NCBI RefSeq assembly: GCF_018350175.1
Contig: NC_058368.1
Location: 68,512,001 to 68,576,000, forward strand
Source of the DNA: Felis catus
Taxonomy: Eukaryota
Length of the DNA: 64,000 nucleotides
Direction: 5' to 3'
Under the pieces are notes generated by a model. It had not been told where the DNA came from. It ran no database searches and saw only the letters and a program-made list of their open reading frames with translations. This document shows positions 1 to 13,624 of the stretch, piece by piece. How positions within the stretch are numbered: position 1 is the stretch's first letter; the number at the start of each line of letters is the position of its first letter. Position numbers and translations under genes: made by a program.

Positions 1-754
1 AGATCATTTGCGTAGAGTTCGAGGACTTGGCGTGTGGACGCATACACGGGTAAGTAAGCATCAGAACGGCAAACACCACCTTCAAGACGGTGGCTTCATC
101 TGAAAAGAGGAGAAAGGGATGAGAAGGAGAAACATTTAGAGCTTCTTTCACGTGCATGCTTCCTTCTGGGTGGCGGATACATGGATGTTTGCATATTTTC
201 CCCCGCTTTTTTTTTTTAATACTCAAAATATTTCATCATAAAGAAGAAACAAATATCCAGGACTTCCAGATGATACAAAATTCTCCTTCAGAATGTGTGG
301 ACTGGCGTCTAATCCCACAAGCAGTGAGTGGGGCTCCCATTGCCCCGCATCTCACCGGGGCACGGCTGGTCAGACTTCTAATTTTTGGCCAACGTGCCAG
401 GCAGGTGGGAAATGGCAATGGACTGCTGCTCCGTCTGCTTTTCTCCCTTTACGAGTGGGATGTGCTTATTGACCAGCGGCCTTCCTGTCCTGTGAGAAGC
501 AGCTTTGCATCCTTTGCACAGTTTCCTATTTGTTTTTTCTTATCGATTCGTAAGAAGACTAATTAAGAGCACTAGGAATGCAAGTTAATGTCCTTTTTCT
601 GTTTAGATTGCAAGTAACTCTCTCAAACCGGAGAGGGCCCAGGCCTGGGAGATGTGTGCTGGGGTGCTCGATACGAACTGGGTCCCTTCTTAGCTTAGCC
701 CTCAGTTTCTTGCTTTCCCTAAGTGGACGTCTCTTGACGTGCAACTATCTATCT

Positions 755-967
755 ATTAAGTTTATTAGTTTATTTTGAGAGAAAGAAAGAGAGAGAAGGC
801 ATGCAAGCAGGGGAGGAGCAGAGACAAGAAGAGAGAGAGAATCCCAAGCAGGCTCTGTGCTGTCAGCGAAGGGCCCTACGGGGGCTCCATACCATGAACC
901 ACGAGATCATGACCTGAACCAAAATCAGGAGTCGGACGCTTAACCAGCTGAGCCACCCAGGTACCCT
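755..967 (-). mobile_element. CanSINE (SINEC)
   Basis: Reverse tRNA-derived head, (GA)n linker, T-rich tail. Confidence 0.9.
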
Positions 968-1824
968 TCATTGTACATTGAAAAATATAGTCTAAAATAT
1001 CAACTAACCAGCTAAGTATACAGGATTAGCAACTCTATTTGGTTCCCCAGGGTAGCTTCATTTTAACTTGCAAAGCTTTCCAATAATAGTTATTTTTTGC
1101 TGCCATTGTTACAGGGAAAACAAAGAAATAACAGTGACATTTTAGCAAAGTTCAAGATTTTCCCAACCAGCTAAATTTGTATTAGCGTTTTTTTGTTGTT
1201 GTTGTTTTGTTTTTTGTCTTTAAGAAAATGACAGTCTCTGGAAATTAGTTAATGGGAGAAATTCTTTTTTGTGTTGGATATAGTTCTTCTGTAGCTTCCA
1301 CCATTTATATCTTAAAAGAGAGACACATTTTTTTTTTTATTTAAACTGAGAGGAATCAATTTCTTTAGAATGCTGGAAAATTCTTGTGCTTATATGATTA
1401 GGAAATCTCATTTATGTGATGGATGATCACATAGATCACTTAGAAAAATTTTGGTTTCAGCCCAAAAAGAGCTGTACTTTCATTTACAATGGGGAAGGTA
1501 GTATCGTCTCGGTGAGTGAGACCTGTTGCTCTAAGTAATAATGGGCTTTCTCTCAGACCCAGAGCGAAAATGGGATTTTTAAACACTGTGAAACAGAAAC
1601 CCCACAAACATGGCTGACTCTGCTTAAATCTTAGGTCTAACCCTGATCCCAGTACTGGCTGTCTTGCCCCAAGGGTTCAGATATGTCTAAAGACTTCAAG
1701 GACCTTTGGTCACGAGGTCAGTCATTTTCATCCTCCCATACTGACCAGTAAGGGTTTGGTTTTGTTTATTTATTGGTTTGTTGTGGTATCTATGAGGTCA
1801 GGCATTTAAATATCATTTGCTGTG

Positions 1825-2187
1825 TGTTCTAGAATAAACGTGTCCTCCCCTCAAATTCACGTGAAATTCTACCTGCTCATACATTGGTATTAGGAGGAGG
1901 GGCCTTTGGGAGGTGATTGGCATTAGATAAGGTCATGAGGGTGGGGCCCTCATGAATGAACATTAGTGTCCTTTTAAGACTCAGGAGAAAGAGCTTGCTT
2001 CCTCTGTTCTCCTCCGTGTGAGGCACAGTGAGGGGTCAGTGATGTGCAACCCGGAAGGAAGAGGGTTGTCAGCAGACCCATGCAGCCAGGTTGACTTTGA
2101 GCCTCCAGAGCTGTGAGAAATTTCTGTTGTTTATAAGCCCCCTTCTCTATGGTACTTCTGTTATGGTAGCCCAAACATACGAAGACA
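1825..2187 (+). mobile_element. MaLR solo LTR (MLT1A-like)
   Basis: TG...AAGACA ends; diagnostic ggggcctttgggaggtgatt and agcctccagagctgtgagaaatttctgttgttta. Confidence 0.8.
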
Positions 2188-3002
2188 TTGTCTTTTAATC
2201 CATCGTACTTATTAACGGTCGTATTTGCTCATGTTTGGCCAGCAGGAACTAATTCAGATCGTGTCTTTCGGTGCAAAGAGATATTCCAGACTCATTTTGT
2301 GCATATTCTGGGCCAAGACCTAGGATAATATACTTCTCACAAGATCCCTGATTCCTTTCACTCTTTATGGATGACACTCTGGGCACTAATGGTGTCACGG
2401 CAGATGGGTTGCTCGTTGTGTCTAATAATAATATAATTTTTCTTAAATAAAAAATAGAGCATAAATTTATAGTAATACTTGCCATTCAAATTCAGGCCTA
2501 TAGAGTTTTCCTTTAACCTCCTTGCTCTGATACTTGTATCTTCTTTCAAGACTGCTGAAAAGCTCACTTAATTACTTGTTTGATATTGTTCATGACACAT
2601 ACAGAAAAATATCAGAAAACTTATATTAACATTTCTTCCAACAAAATAATTGCTAAATCTTAAGGGATTTTTCTAAAATCTTAAGAGATTTTTTTTACAG
2701 TGCTTTTTTCCTCAAGGTCTATCCCACTAGGGTCAATCAAGTGATTGTTTTTTAAAGTCACTGGGAATAACTCTTCTCTGTATGGTTTTGTCTCCAAATA
2801 GATATGTAGTTAAAGTCATCCATTTAATTTTACTTTCAATTTTAAGTAATTGCTTCTTAATTTATTTAAATGTGGTTGAAGTAATGTATATGGTTCCAAA
2901 GTGAAATCAATACTGGGTGTGTTCAAAGCAGACTCGTCTCTTGCTCCCCTTAAACCAGTCTGGACCTTGCATTCATTATGGTCTCTTCAAAAAGCAGATC
3001 CT

Positions 3003-3214
3003 GGGGCGCCTGGTGGCTCAGTCGGGTAAGTGTCCGACTTCAGCTCAGGTCACGATCTCGCAGTTTGTGGGTTGGAGGCCTGTGTTGAGCTGTGTGCTGA
3101 CAGCTCAGAGCTTGGAGCCTGCTTCGGATTCTGTATCTCCCTCTCTCTCTGCCCCTTTCCCACTCGTGCTCTGTCTCTCTCTCAAAAATAAATAAACATT
3201 AAAAAAAAAAAAAA
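3003..3214 (+). mobile_element. CanSINE (SINEC_Fc-like)
   Basis: ggggcgcctggtggctcagtcgg head, poly(A), TSD ending cagatcct. Confidence 0.95.
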
Positions 3215-3559
3215 AGACAGATCCTGTCACCCCTGCTTCCCTCCCTTCCTGCTCAAAAACATTTACTCACTGTTCCAGCCACTTTGCTATGGTCAGCTGA
3301 GCTCTGCAGTAGGGAGCCCTGCCTGGCCTACCCCCCACTCCCACCCGCAGCCTCATTCTCCAGCCTTCCTTCTGATGCTCCAGCTAAAATGGAATTCACT
3401 CAGAGTCTTGGAAACCCCAAACTCAGGAACACTTTTGAGTTTTTACCGATTTCCTTCTCTCAGTCTGAAACACTCCCTTTGCCCACATTCTGTGTGTGAG
3501 TCTGTCTAGATCCCACTCACCCTCTGGTATTAGTTTATTTTTTCTGCCCTCTCCAGCCT

Positions 3560-3880
3560 CTACCTGGATCAGAGTCCTCTTGACTGTGCCCATGGCATTT
3601 CACATATGCAACATCCCACACTCCGTTATAGAAGTGCTTGCCAATGTGTCTGCATCTTCCACTGAAATATAAGCTCTATTAGGAGAGGGATTTTGTCTGT
3701 TGGGTTCACCATTCTATCCCCAGAGCTGAAAGATCTTTTTCACTCTAGGGTCTCCACCAATTCACACGGTTTCTTTGTGAGTAGCCAGATGCTTTTGCAC
3801 AGTCTACATACTGCACAATCGCACATGGCAGACCTGCCTGGCATAACGTATTTGCTCAATAAATATCTGGTGAATTAATT
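3560..3880 (+). mobile_element. L2 3' remnant
   Basis: Ends in gcctggcataa...gctcaataaatatctggtgaattaat, the typical L2 terminus. Confidence 0.55.
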
Positions 3881-5749
3881 TTAATTATCTCTAGTTTCAA
3901 TATTTGCTCATCAATAGCTTTATTGCTGATCCCCTTTTTCTTTAAAAACTTTCTCTTTACTGTCTTAGAACATCCTTGAATAATTAATTTCTCTGAAGAT
4001 GATTGAACTACCATATTTCCAAACAACAAACTCAGGCTTGCAATATAATTTCATTTGGGAAGGCACACAACTCACTCCGTCTCACCAAGATGTCTTCTCT
4101 GGCCTACCGAAAGAGGGCGTGTGTCCTTTATTTGAAATTTGACTCTAACATCAGTTCGTTGAAGGAGTAAGTGGATAGTATAGGAGTGGACACAGCTAGA
4201 ATCATGACTGTCTGTTCTGTGGACAGCAGACCCTGAACTTCATCTACTCCAAAGCTTAGAGGGATTTGGAAGCATGAAGTTTACGATCACTACTATGCAA
4301 TTCGATCCTCATTGTTCCTTTCATCAAAGCTCATCCTTGAGACTAACCCACTGTGTGGAATTCAGATTCACCTCCTTCCCCCTGAGACCCAAGGGTTCTG
4401 CCTCCCTCTGGGAGAAGACCTTCTCCACAGGCAGAGAACCTTTAAATAATCAAGGAAATAAGCCATTTGAGCACAAAGGCTTTTCCTTCCACAGTGTTGA
4501 AAGAATTGTGAAAATGCCACTTTTTTCATAATTAAGGCTCTTTAAAATACCAAGATATTTATTTTGAATGCTTTGTCCTTCCTTCCATCACAACAGAGTC
4601 CTGCACTGTAATGAGAGCATGGTGCCTGACACACACCACAGACTAAGAGCAGCTCTCTGCCAGCCCCTGGTTGGACCTGTTTTAGACCCTCTCTGGGAGA
4701 CGCTTCAAATCTGGAGAGATTGCACTGGTGAAGTATTTCTGGAACTGTGTTTAGAAAACAAGAACAAAGAATTTAAGTGTCACAGGAAGAGAATCTGGAC
4801 TTAAATCTGTATCCTCTTCAAGGATTCTTTCCGAGGCTCTTTGTATTCCTTCCTGAAATATTTATATGAGCAAATATCTTGACTTACCATGAAGAAAGTC
4901 TGGGATGCATAGTCAAACAAAATCGTCTCTAAAAGAAGATAAAAGCTCCCGATGGAAACTGGGGTGGCCAGCTGCCGTTCAACATTTAGATATGTTAACA
5001 GCAGTAAGTAAATATTAGTGAAAGCAGTTTCTTCATTGACTCCAAGAGCTGGGTAAATACATGGTCACGGAAATAATTCTCCAAAGAGCAGAGTTAAAAA
5101 TTGGTGTTACAAAGACTGAGGACAACTCTTTCACGTGGTGCCTAAAGCAGGAACAAGCCTCTAAAGTTGTCCAGGAAATTCACTCTTCCTTTTATGCACT
5201 TAGCTTGTTGTTAAAAACAAATCAAAAAAATGGCTTTATTAAAGTATAATCAGCATACAATAAATTGCACATATTTAACGTATATAATTTGACGAGTTTC
5301 AACATATGTATATACCCATGAAACCGTCACCACAACCAAGGCAATAGATGCATCTAACACCTCTGAAGTTTCCTTCTATCTCTTTGTGGATTTTTTTCAT
5401 AAGAATACCTAACACGAGAGCCACACTTTAAAATTTTTAAGTGCATGATACATAGTGATGACTTAGGTGCTATGCTGGACATCAGATCATTAGAACTATC
5501 CATCTTGCATAACTGAAACGTTAGAACAGTTGAACAAGTCCTCGTTTGCCCCTCTCTCCTGGCAAGGTGCCCCTTGTTCCTGGCACCTGATAACCACCAT
5601 TCCAGTCTGTGCTTCGAGTTTGGTTAGTTTAGGTAGTTTATGTAAGTGGAATCATACAGTATGTGTCCTTCTGTGATTGGATTATTTCATGTAGCAAAAT
5701 GTCCTCCAAGTTCATTCATGTTGTCACAAATGGCTGTATTTTCTTTATT

Positions 5750-5964
5750 TATTTAAAAAAAATTTTTTTAACGTTTATTTATTATTGAGAGACAGAGTGT
5801 GAACAGGGGAGGGGCAGAGAGAGAGGGAGACACAGAATCCAAAGCAGGCCCCAGGCTCCGAGCTGTCAGCACAGAGCCCGACGCGGGGCTTGAACTCACA
5901 AACTGCAGGATCATGACCTGAACCGAAGTCACATGCTTAACCAACTGAGCCACCCAGGCACCCC
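5750..5964 (-). mobile_element. CanSINE inserted in L1
   Basis: Full reverse copy; TSD-like tattttctttattt / tatttcctttattt. Confidence 0.95.
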
Positions 5965-6296
5965 ATATTTCCTTTATTTTTAAGGCTGACTAATATTCCA
6001 CATTTTCCTTATCTATTAGTTTGTCAATGATCGCTTGGGCTGTTTCCATAACTTGGCTATTGTGGATAGTACTGTCATGGCATGGGAGTGAAGATATTAT
6101 TCAGATATCACTTAGAGGCCCTGATTTACATTCTTTGGGGTGTATACTCAGGAGCGGGACTGTCAGATCATATGGTAGTTCCATTTTTAATTTATTGTTT
6201 TTAATTTTGTTGTTTTCCATAGTGGCTTAACCATTTTACGTTCCCAAAAAGAGTGTATAAGGGTTTCCTTTTCTCCACATCCTTATCAAAACTTGT

Positions 6297-6510
6297 ATTT
6301 TTTTTTTCAACGTTCATTTATTTTTGGGACAGAGAGAGACAGAGCATGAACGGGGGAGGGGCAGAGAGAGAGGGAGACACAGAATCGGAAACAGGCTCCA
6401 GGCTCTGAGCCATCAGCCCAGAGCCCGACGTGGGGCTCGAACTCACGGACCGCGAGATCATGACCTGGCTGAAGTTGGACGCTTAACCGACTGCGCCACC
6501 CAGGCGCCCC
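6297..6510 (-). mobile_element. Young SINEC_Fc-like CanSINE inserted in L1
   Basis: CpG-rich near-consensus copy ending cgactgcgccacccaggcgcccc; T runs on both sides. Confidence 0.95.
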
Positions 6511-7235
6511 CTTTTTTTTTTTTTAATAATAACCATCCTAACTGGTGTGGGGTGATATCTCATTGCAGTTTTGATTTGCATTTCCTAGATAATGAGCATC
6601 TTTTCACTGGCCATCATTTGTCTTCTTTGGAAAAATGTCTGTTCAATCCTTTACCCATTTTTAAACTGGGTTACTTTTTTTTTTTTTTTTGCTATTGACT
6701 TGTATGAGTTCCTTATATGTTTTGGATAATAACCCATCATGACCTATATGGTTTGTGGGTATTTTCTCTCATTCCAAAAGTTGGTGTTTCATTATGTTGA
6801 TTGTTTCCATTGCTATACAAAGCTTTTCTGCTGGATTTTTTTTTTGTCATTTTTGTGTTTGTTGCTTGTGTTTTTTGTCACCATATATAAGAAATCATTG
6901 CCATAACCAATATTTAAAGAGCTTTTCCCCTATATTTTCTCCTAAAATTTTCACATGTTTGGATATTAGGTTTAAGTCTTCAGTCCGTTTTGAGTTGAGT
7001 TTTGTGTGTGTAGAATAAAGACCCAATTTCATTCTTTTGCATTAAAATATGCAGCTTTTCCAACACCATTTCTTAAAGACACTATCCTGCTCCGTTGTGT
7101 ATTCTTAGCACCTTTGTCGAAGATCAGTTGGATTTATTTCTGGGTTTTCTATTATGTTCCATTACTCTTGTGTCTATTTTTAGGCCAGCACCATACCTTT
7201 TCTATTTCTGTAGCTTTGTAATATCATTTGAAATA

Positions 7236-7584
7236 ATTTTCAGTAGCATCAACGAGACTAAAATGCTTAGGAATAAATTTAACCAGGGAGGTAGAAGATC
7301 GATACAGTGAGCACCATAAAACATTGATTAAAGAAATTGAAGACACAAATGAATGGAAAGATATCTCATACTAATGGGTTGGGAAAATGAATAATGTTGA
7401 AATGTCTATGCCACCCCCCTCCCCCAAATCTACAGAATGAATGCAATCCCTATCAAAATTCTTGTAACATTTTTCAAAGAAAGAGAAAAATCCTAAAATT
7501 CATGTGGAATCACAAAATACCCTGGATAGAGAAAGCAATTTTGGACAAGAAAAGCAAAGCTGTAGTCATCACACTTCCTGATTT
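7236..7584 (+). mobile_element. Inverted L1 ORF2 segment
   Basis: Sense ORF2 remnant: ttaggaataaatttaacc, aatgcaatccctatcaaaatt, catcacacttcctgattt; degraded LKFMWNHK...KAIL...ITLPDF. Confidence 0.85.
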
Positions 7585-7589
7585 TATTT

Positions 7590-8300
7590 TATATCTTTGA
7601 ATTGGAGAGCTGTATCCATTTACGTTCAAAGAAATTATTGTTAGGTAAAAAGTCACTATTATCCTTCTGTTATTTTTTTGTCTGATGTGTGTTTCTTTCG
7701 TCCTTCCCTCTTTTCCTTTCCTGACATCTTCCTTTGTGATTGTTGATTTTTTTTTAAGGTAGTCTTTGCTTTGATTCCTTTCTCTTTTTCTTTTTTGTGT
7801 CTACAGTTGGTATTTTCTTTGTAGTTACCATGAAGCTTTCATTAAACATCTCATAGTTACAACTGTTTATTTTAAGCTGATAACTGAACTTCAATCGCAT
7901 ACAAAGTCTCCCCATGTTTACCCTTCCCCCTTTAACCCTTTATGTTATTGATGTCATACTTACATCTTTTTTTTAATTGAAGTATAATTGAAACATAATA
8001 TCATATTCATCTCAGGCATACAACAGAGCGATTCAACAGGCGTGTACCACAAATGTAGCTGCCATCCGTTACCATGCAACACTGTTACAATACTGTTGAC
8101 CATACTCCCTATGCTTTCCCTTTATCCCCCATACTTAACATGTTTTATGCTATACATCCACCGGCAAATTTCTGTAGTTGTAGCTCTTCTTAATTTTTTT
8201 TTTTTTATCTTTTAACTTGTGTATTAGGGTTAAAAGTGGTTTAAATGCCCCCATTACAGTTTTGTATGTATTGTTATGTTTGCCTTTACCAGTGAGGGTG
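7590..8300 (-). mobile_element. Old L1 fragment containing a short younger L1 3' end (about 7967-8130)
   Basis: T-rich antisense L1 motifs; the insert starts ttttttaattgaagtataattga and is flanked by catacttacat / catacttaacat. Confidence 0.55.
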
Positions 8301-8307
8301 ATCTAAA

Positions 8308-8512
8308 GAGGAAACTGAGTGGCTCGGTCAGTTAAGTGTCCGACTCTCGATTTCAGCTCAGGTCGTGGTATCATGGTTTTCAGGATTACGCCCCGCGCTG
8401 GGCTCTGTGCTGGCAGCATGGAGCCTGCTTGGGATTCTCTTTCTTTCCGCCCCTCCCCTGCTCTCATTCTTTGAGAGAGAGAGATCTCTCTCAAAATAAA
8501 TAAATAAACATT
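8308..8512 (+). mobile_element. CanSINE
   Basis: gtggctcggtcagttaag head; (CT)/(GA) linker; (AAAT)n tail. Confidence 0.9.
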
Positions 8513-8519
8513 TTTTAGG

Positions 8520-9189
8520 AAATAAAGAGGAAATTGAAACAAAGACGGCCAAAAGAAAGAAAGAAAGAAAGAAAGAAAAGAAAAAGTGAAAACTGATAAC
8601 CATGTAAGTAAAATGCAAATCAAACATAAAAGAACTATAGAAGCAATAGCAGGTGTCAGGAATGTTGAGTCTGCCTCCTTTTGAGAGAGTCTGGATGTGC
8701 AGCAGAAGGAACTTATTGGAAGTGAACTCATCAACATAAATGAAGAAAGTGGTTGCAATAAAAGAAATAAATAAATAAAGATGTCCCAGAGGAAGCAAAG
8801 CTGGCAAAGAAAACCTTCACATGAAAGGAATTCTCAGAGGTGTTTCATGACATTGAAGGCACAGAGAACACAACGTCGAGAGCTGATCCAAGTTTAGAAA
8901 GGAGTACAACAATTCAACAAGGCATAGAAAAGATGCTTGCTCCATGTCCTAAGTTCTACAATGAGAAGAAAGTGAGCACGCTTCAAACTACTCTTGATAC
9001 GTTTTTTTTTTTTTACAAAGAAAACACTTTCATTCTCAGTGCTTCTAATGTTTTACAACAGACATAAGGGAGTTTTTAATGTCTCAGTATAAAATTTTAA
9101 AGGCCAAGGAACACTCGTGATTTTTCCTATTGATTATTCAAACCACTTTGCGTGGTTTCAGTTTGCATCTGCAGTGAGGGCTACCTGTA
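8520..9189. mobile_element. Tigger13a-like TcMar DNA transposon remnant
   Basis: Matches recalled consensus segments gctgatccaagtttagaaaggagt and ggcatagaaaagatgcttgc; ends ...cctgTA. Confidence 0.7.
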
Positions 9190-9730
9190 TTCAAAGGAAT
9201 TTCAAAAGCTAGTGGGTGAATAGCAAGTGTGCTTCAACCGTAAAACCCAAACTTAGCTGATGCAGAATGTTGGACATCTTTTTTCGATATATGTCAGAGA
9301 AAAGGCTTTAAGTTTCTTTAATCGGCTCCCAAGTCCCATGGGGAAAAAGCTGATGGCAGGAGAATAAGAAAGCTCAAGAAGAGGATGAGCTTTGGAGAAC
9401 CAAGAACTTGAACTAAATATTGGCTCTTTGGCTCATCTAGTCTACAGTCTGCAGTGTCCATTCGATAGCTGAGACTTTTGCCTCATCGGTAAAACGAAGA
9501 TGGTAAAACCAACGTTACAAGACAGTTCTGCATATAAAAAAATACGTATGTGTGTATACACATACGAAGAACTATTGTGCATAGTGTTTAGCAGATACTA
9601 GAAACCCATAAACTGTTGCCTTGTTTTCTCTTTTCTTCAAAAAGAGTCAAAACATAAATTATGAAAGTAAAACTCCAGTGGGGATGGTGGAGCCCCTTCC
9701 TCACCCAATAAGGAAGGAAGCTACCATTTA

Positions 9731-9899
9731 CTTTTTTTAACGTTTATTTATTTATTTATTTATTTTGAGACAGAGAGAGACAGAGTATGAACGGAGGAGG
9801 GTCAGAGAGAGGGAGACACAGAATCTGAAACAGGCTCCAGGCTCTGAGCTGTCTGCACAGAGCCTGACGCGGGGCTTGAACTCGCCACCCAGGCACCCC
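9731..9899 (-). mobile_element. CanSINE with internal deletion in the head
   Basis: Perfect 16-bp TSD aggaagctaccattta at 9715-9730 and 9900-9915. Confidence 0.95.
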
Positions 9900-10220
9900 A
9901 GGAAGCTACCATTTATTATAGGCTTCGTCAACATCAGGGACTTTGACAGAGATCGTGGTCAGCACGACAGCATGACATGGTGTGACAGAGAACACTCCCC
10001 AAGGCAGCCTGCTGCTTTCAATGACTCTGAACTTCCATATACAAACATTGCCAGCTCTGGGTGATTAAGGTTAGTCAGTAGCTAGGATAACCTATAGGGC
10101 ATCTTGGATTTTCTCATGAAAACTATAAATATCCCAGGGGGAAAAAATGTTTTAACTCTACAGTTCTTTTCACATCTAATTATTTTCCCGATCCCACATT
10201 CATAGAAAATGTACCTTAGT

Positions 10221-10450
10221 GGGGCACCTGGGAGGCTCAGGCGGTTAAGTGTCCCACTTCAGCTTGGGTCACGATCTCACGGTTTGTGGGTTCGAGCCCT
10301 ACGTCAGGCTCTGTGCTGATGACTCAGAGCCTGGAGCCTGCTTCCGATTCTGTGTCTCCCTCTCTGTCTGCCCCTCCCCCCGCTCAAGCTCTGTCTCTCT
10401 GTCTCTCTCTCTCTCAAAAATAAATAAGCATTTAAAAATTAAAAAAAAAG
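10221..10450 (+). mobile_element. CanSINE
   Basis: Full copy; TSD agaaaatgtaccttag / agaatatgtaccttag. Confidence 0.95.
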
Positions 10451-12964
10451 AAAAGAATATGTACCTTAGCCTCTCTGCTTCTCATTTTGTTTGAATACAC
10501 TACAAAGAGAATCAAATTTTAATAACTAGTATTATTATGTGTTTACATATAATGAGGCTATCTCTGTGTGTGCACAGATGGCCTAGAATAACTAAACATT
10601 ATTACAACCAGTTCTTGTAAACGTGGAGCGTCTCTACTAATTTCATTGATCTTTATCAATAAAATATTGTTACTCTGACATTCATTTTTATAAGGAACTT
10701 TTATGCGACACTAGAAATCTGCTAGAATCATAAATTGTTCATGTTTTTGTTTTTGTTTTTGTTTTGTTTTTTCCAGAGGACAGTGGGTAGAAAGGTTTGG
10801 ATGGTGAGAACACTTCCTCCTGGAGGTTGAATAAGCAGATTGCCGGGACCTTCGAGAGTTGAGTGGAGAGTCGGCTTTGGAAAGAGACGAGGCCCCTGCT
10901 TGTCCTCCCCTCATCTCCTATCTACTCCTCCACGTTGTTCCTCTAACTCTCCTGAGTTAACAGTCTGTTGCCTCATGTATCATGTCCTTATTTGTCTCTG
11001 TACCTCAAAGCACGGTAGTAGTCCAAGCAAAAGATATGGCAGGCTGGACCACGGTCACAGCAGGGCAGATGGAGAGTATGTTAGTAGAGAAGTTAAAGAT
11101 CCAAGGGAGCAGATCCTGGTGCCTGGTGTTCCCCGTCTAAATACCCCACCATGACAAGAAAGACCCTTTGCTATCTGCCCCTACATCCATCTGCCTATCA
11201 CCACCTCCCACCTCCAGAGGAACTGTGAACTTCAGGCCCCTCCGTGCCCTGCAGAATGCTGCTTGTTTTACGTTCACCTCCACGTGGCTCTTCTGGCCTG
11301 ACCTGACTTCCTCCCCAACTTGCCTCCTTCATTTCCCACAGCAAATGGTGCCATGCATGACCTTTCCTATAATAGGATGAAGCATTTTTGCCCAGTTGTC
11401 CAAAATGCTCTGGCATATATCTCAGCTATGATATAACTGGGTAAAAAGAAGAGTATTGTTTCGCTGTTGGCACCAGAGTTCCGGTTAGGGAAGGAACCAT
11501 TTTTGTTTGGGAAAACACACTGAAAAGCTACAGCTAACAGAAAATAAGGCCTTGAGAGAAAGCAGGAACAACACAGAGACAGATTAAAAACCTGAGACCC
11601 GCAAAAAGCAGTATGGAGCTGGGAGAGGAGAGAAGGGGGAGAGATGGGGGGATGGGCAGAAGAGATCCAGAGAATGTGGCAGAAAACATATGTCACCAGA
11701 CGAAGCAGAGACTTTTACAAAAAGAAGGATCTAATGTTCAATTTAAATTCATCTACCATGTGGTCAGGAGATGCAGTGCCCCCACGCTGTTACTCCTACC
11801 TACGTCCAGTGAAAGTTTCCTCTCTGTGACTTCATCAGCTGAGTGGAACTTTTGGCGTGTGAAGGAGACAGATGTGACCCATCACGTGACCAAGACGGAG
11901 AGAAAGGCACAGAGATCAAAGAGAAAAAAGAACTCCGAAGAAACTAGGTCACCAGAGTTAGCAAGGAAATTTAGAAAAAGAAATAGAAATAGAAATACCA
12001 TCCTTCCCCCATTCTACGTCCCTGTCTGAACAATGTACCCCACATGAACCATATACCGAGTTATTTCCCCACCTGTAAAATCAGAGGGAGAAACTAGGTG
12101 GTCCCTCAGGGCCCCTCCAGCTTTAATATTCTGTGAATCTCAACCTTCCACCGAGCTTGGGAAAACTAATAGAAGTTATGTCCTATTGTAGAAAAATGTT
12201 TGGTGCTCCGAATTAACTTGATTAGGCACGGGAGATGACAAAATAATGACAGTCGTTTAACACCTAGGTGAGGGGGAAAAAAACAAATTAAGAGAAGTAT
12301 TCTCATGGCACCAAACAATGGCTTGTTCAGATCCTTCTGGCAGCAATGTAGCGTCTGTTCTAAAAATTACAACGCGTTTTGAAATTACTGCTTGAGTGCA
12401 TACACAATGTGTGTCATGTATTTATGTAATTATGTTATTAAAATTTTTAAAAAGTCTCCAGTATGTGTGGATGCAAATGTGCCCACATCAACAAAAGTAT
12501 CAATGTCCCATTCTGTCCAACCCTGGCAACTTAAAGATGTGTAACATGGGCTGTCAAGTAGCCATTGATGCTGAGGCCTTAGTCCAATCGATGGATTACG
12601 GTGCAATTATTTGGAAGGAAAATATTAAATTGTTTTTGTTTATCTTCCAGAGGCAATTATCTGATTGCGTTTAAGCAGCGACAGTCCCAAAGAGCCACTG
12701 CACGGAAGAACGAGCTTGGGTTTGTTGGTCCACCCTACTTAAGTGCTGACAAGTCGGCCTGTTTTGCAACGGAGATACCAAAGCAAGGAGAGAGAAGACG
12801 CTGTTGCAATTTCTCAACCAAGCAGATATCGATGTGATGAAGTCAATTTGCCATTAGTCATATTTTAACTGGCTGCACACAGAACCCGTGGGGTCCGGTG
12901 CAGAGTTCCTTAGGAGCCATTTATAAAATGTTTAGCACCATCAGCCGAAGTGAAGCCCATAGAA

Positions 12965-13185
12965 TCTGAAAACAGCCTGAGTTCTAGTGCTGACTCCAAC
13001 ACTTGCTGGTTATATGATATTAGTTGCTTGCTATCTGTCCTTCAGTTTTTTATTGCGTAAAACCAAACTATATGTAATAGCTCCTAACTCTTGAGTTTGT
13101 CGTTAGGATTGAATGAATTAATACAGATGAAATATGTAGATCCGTGCCTAGCACACAGCAAGCACTATATAAATGTAAGCTGTGG
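12965..13185 (+). mobile_element. MIR SINE
   Basis: cctgagttctagtgctgactcc...aggattgaatgaattaataca...gtgcctagcacacagcaagcactatataaatg. Confidence 0.65.
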
Positions 13186-13624
13186 TTCTGGTTACAAGAT
13201 TTTGTCATGAGGAGAGATTTAGAAAGAACATTATTTAGGAAAGAGATAAGCAGGTGTTCTCGATGATCTATTGGGCTAAAAATTAAGGATTTAAAGACAA
13301 TATGATGTAATGGTACGGTGCATACGAGGCACCTGGGAAACTAGAAGGGAGCTACTATGTATTTCTTGTCTACTTTATTCTGGACCCTGGGCTATGCACA
13401 TTAACCTCTGGCAACTTATGCAAGCTTTCTAACATCCCTAGAACTAGTTATTATTGTCTCCACCTTACGGATGAAGGCATGGAGGACTCACCTCTTAGTA
13501 AATGGGCAGTCATGACCAGACTCAGGGCTATAGACTCTACCATTGTGGTCTTGGCACTGGAGCATGGCAGGTCCTCTGATGGCGTGGAGGTTGGGGCTGC
13601 TGAGGCCAGGTGTGTGAAGCACAA

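Larger units (their letters stand above)
5230..7234 (-). mobile_element. Old L1 (L1M-type) 3' UTR plus ORF2 end, interrupted by two SINEs
   Basis: Antisense L1 signatures: ctttattaaagtataat, gtaagtggaatcatacagtat, ttgatttgcatttcc, tttccaacaccattt. Confidence 0.85.

Noticed and set aside
8840..9067. 75-aa ORF resembling a transposase tail
   Set aside because: Decayed fragment of the Tigger remnant; no catalytic domain and a non-ATG start
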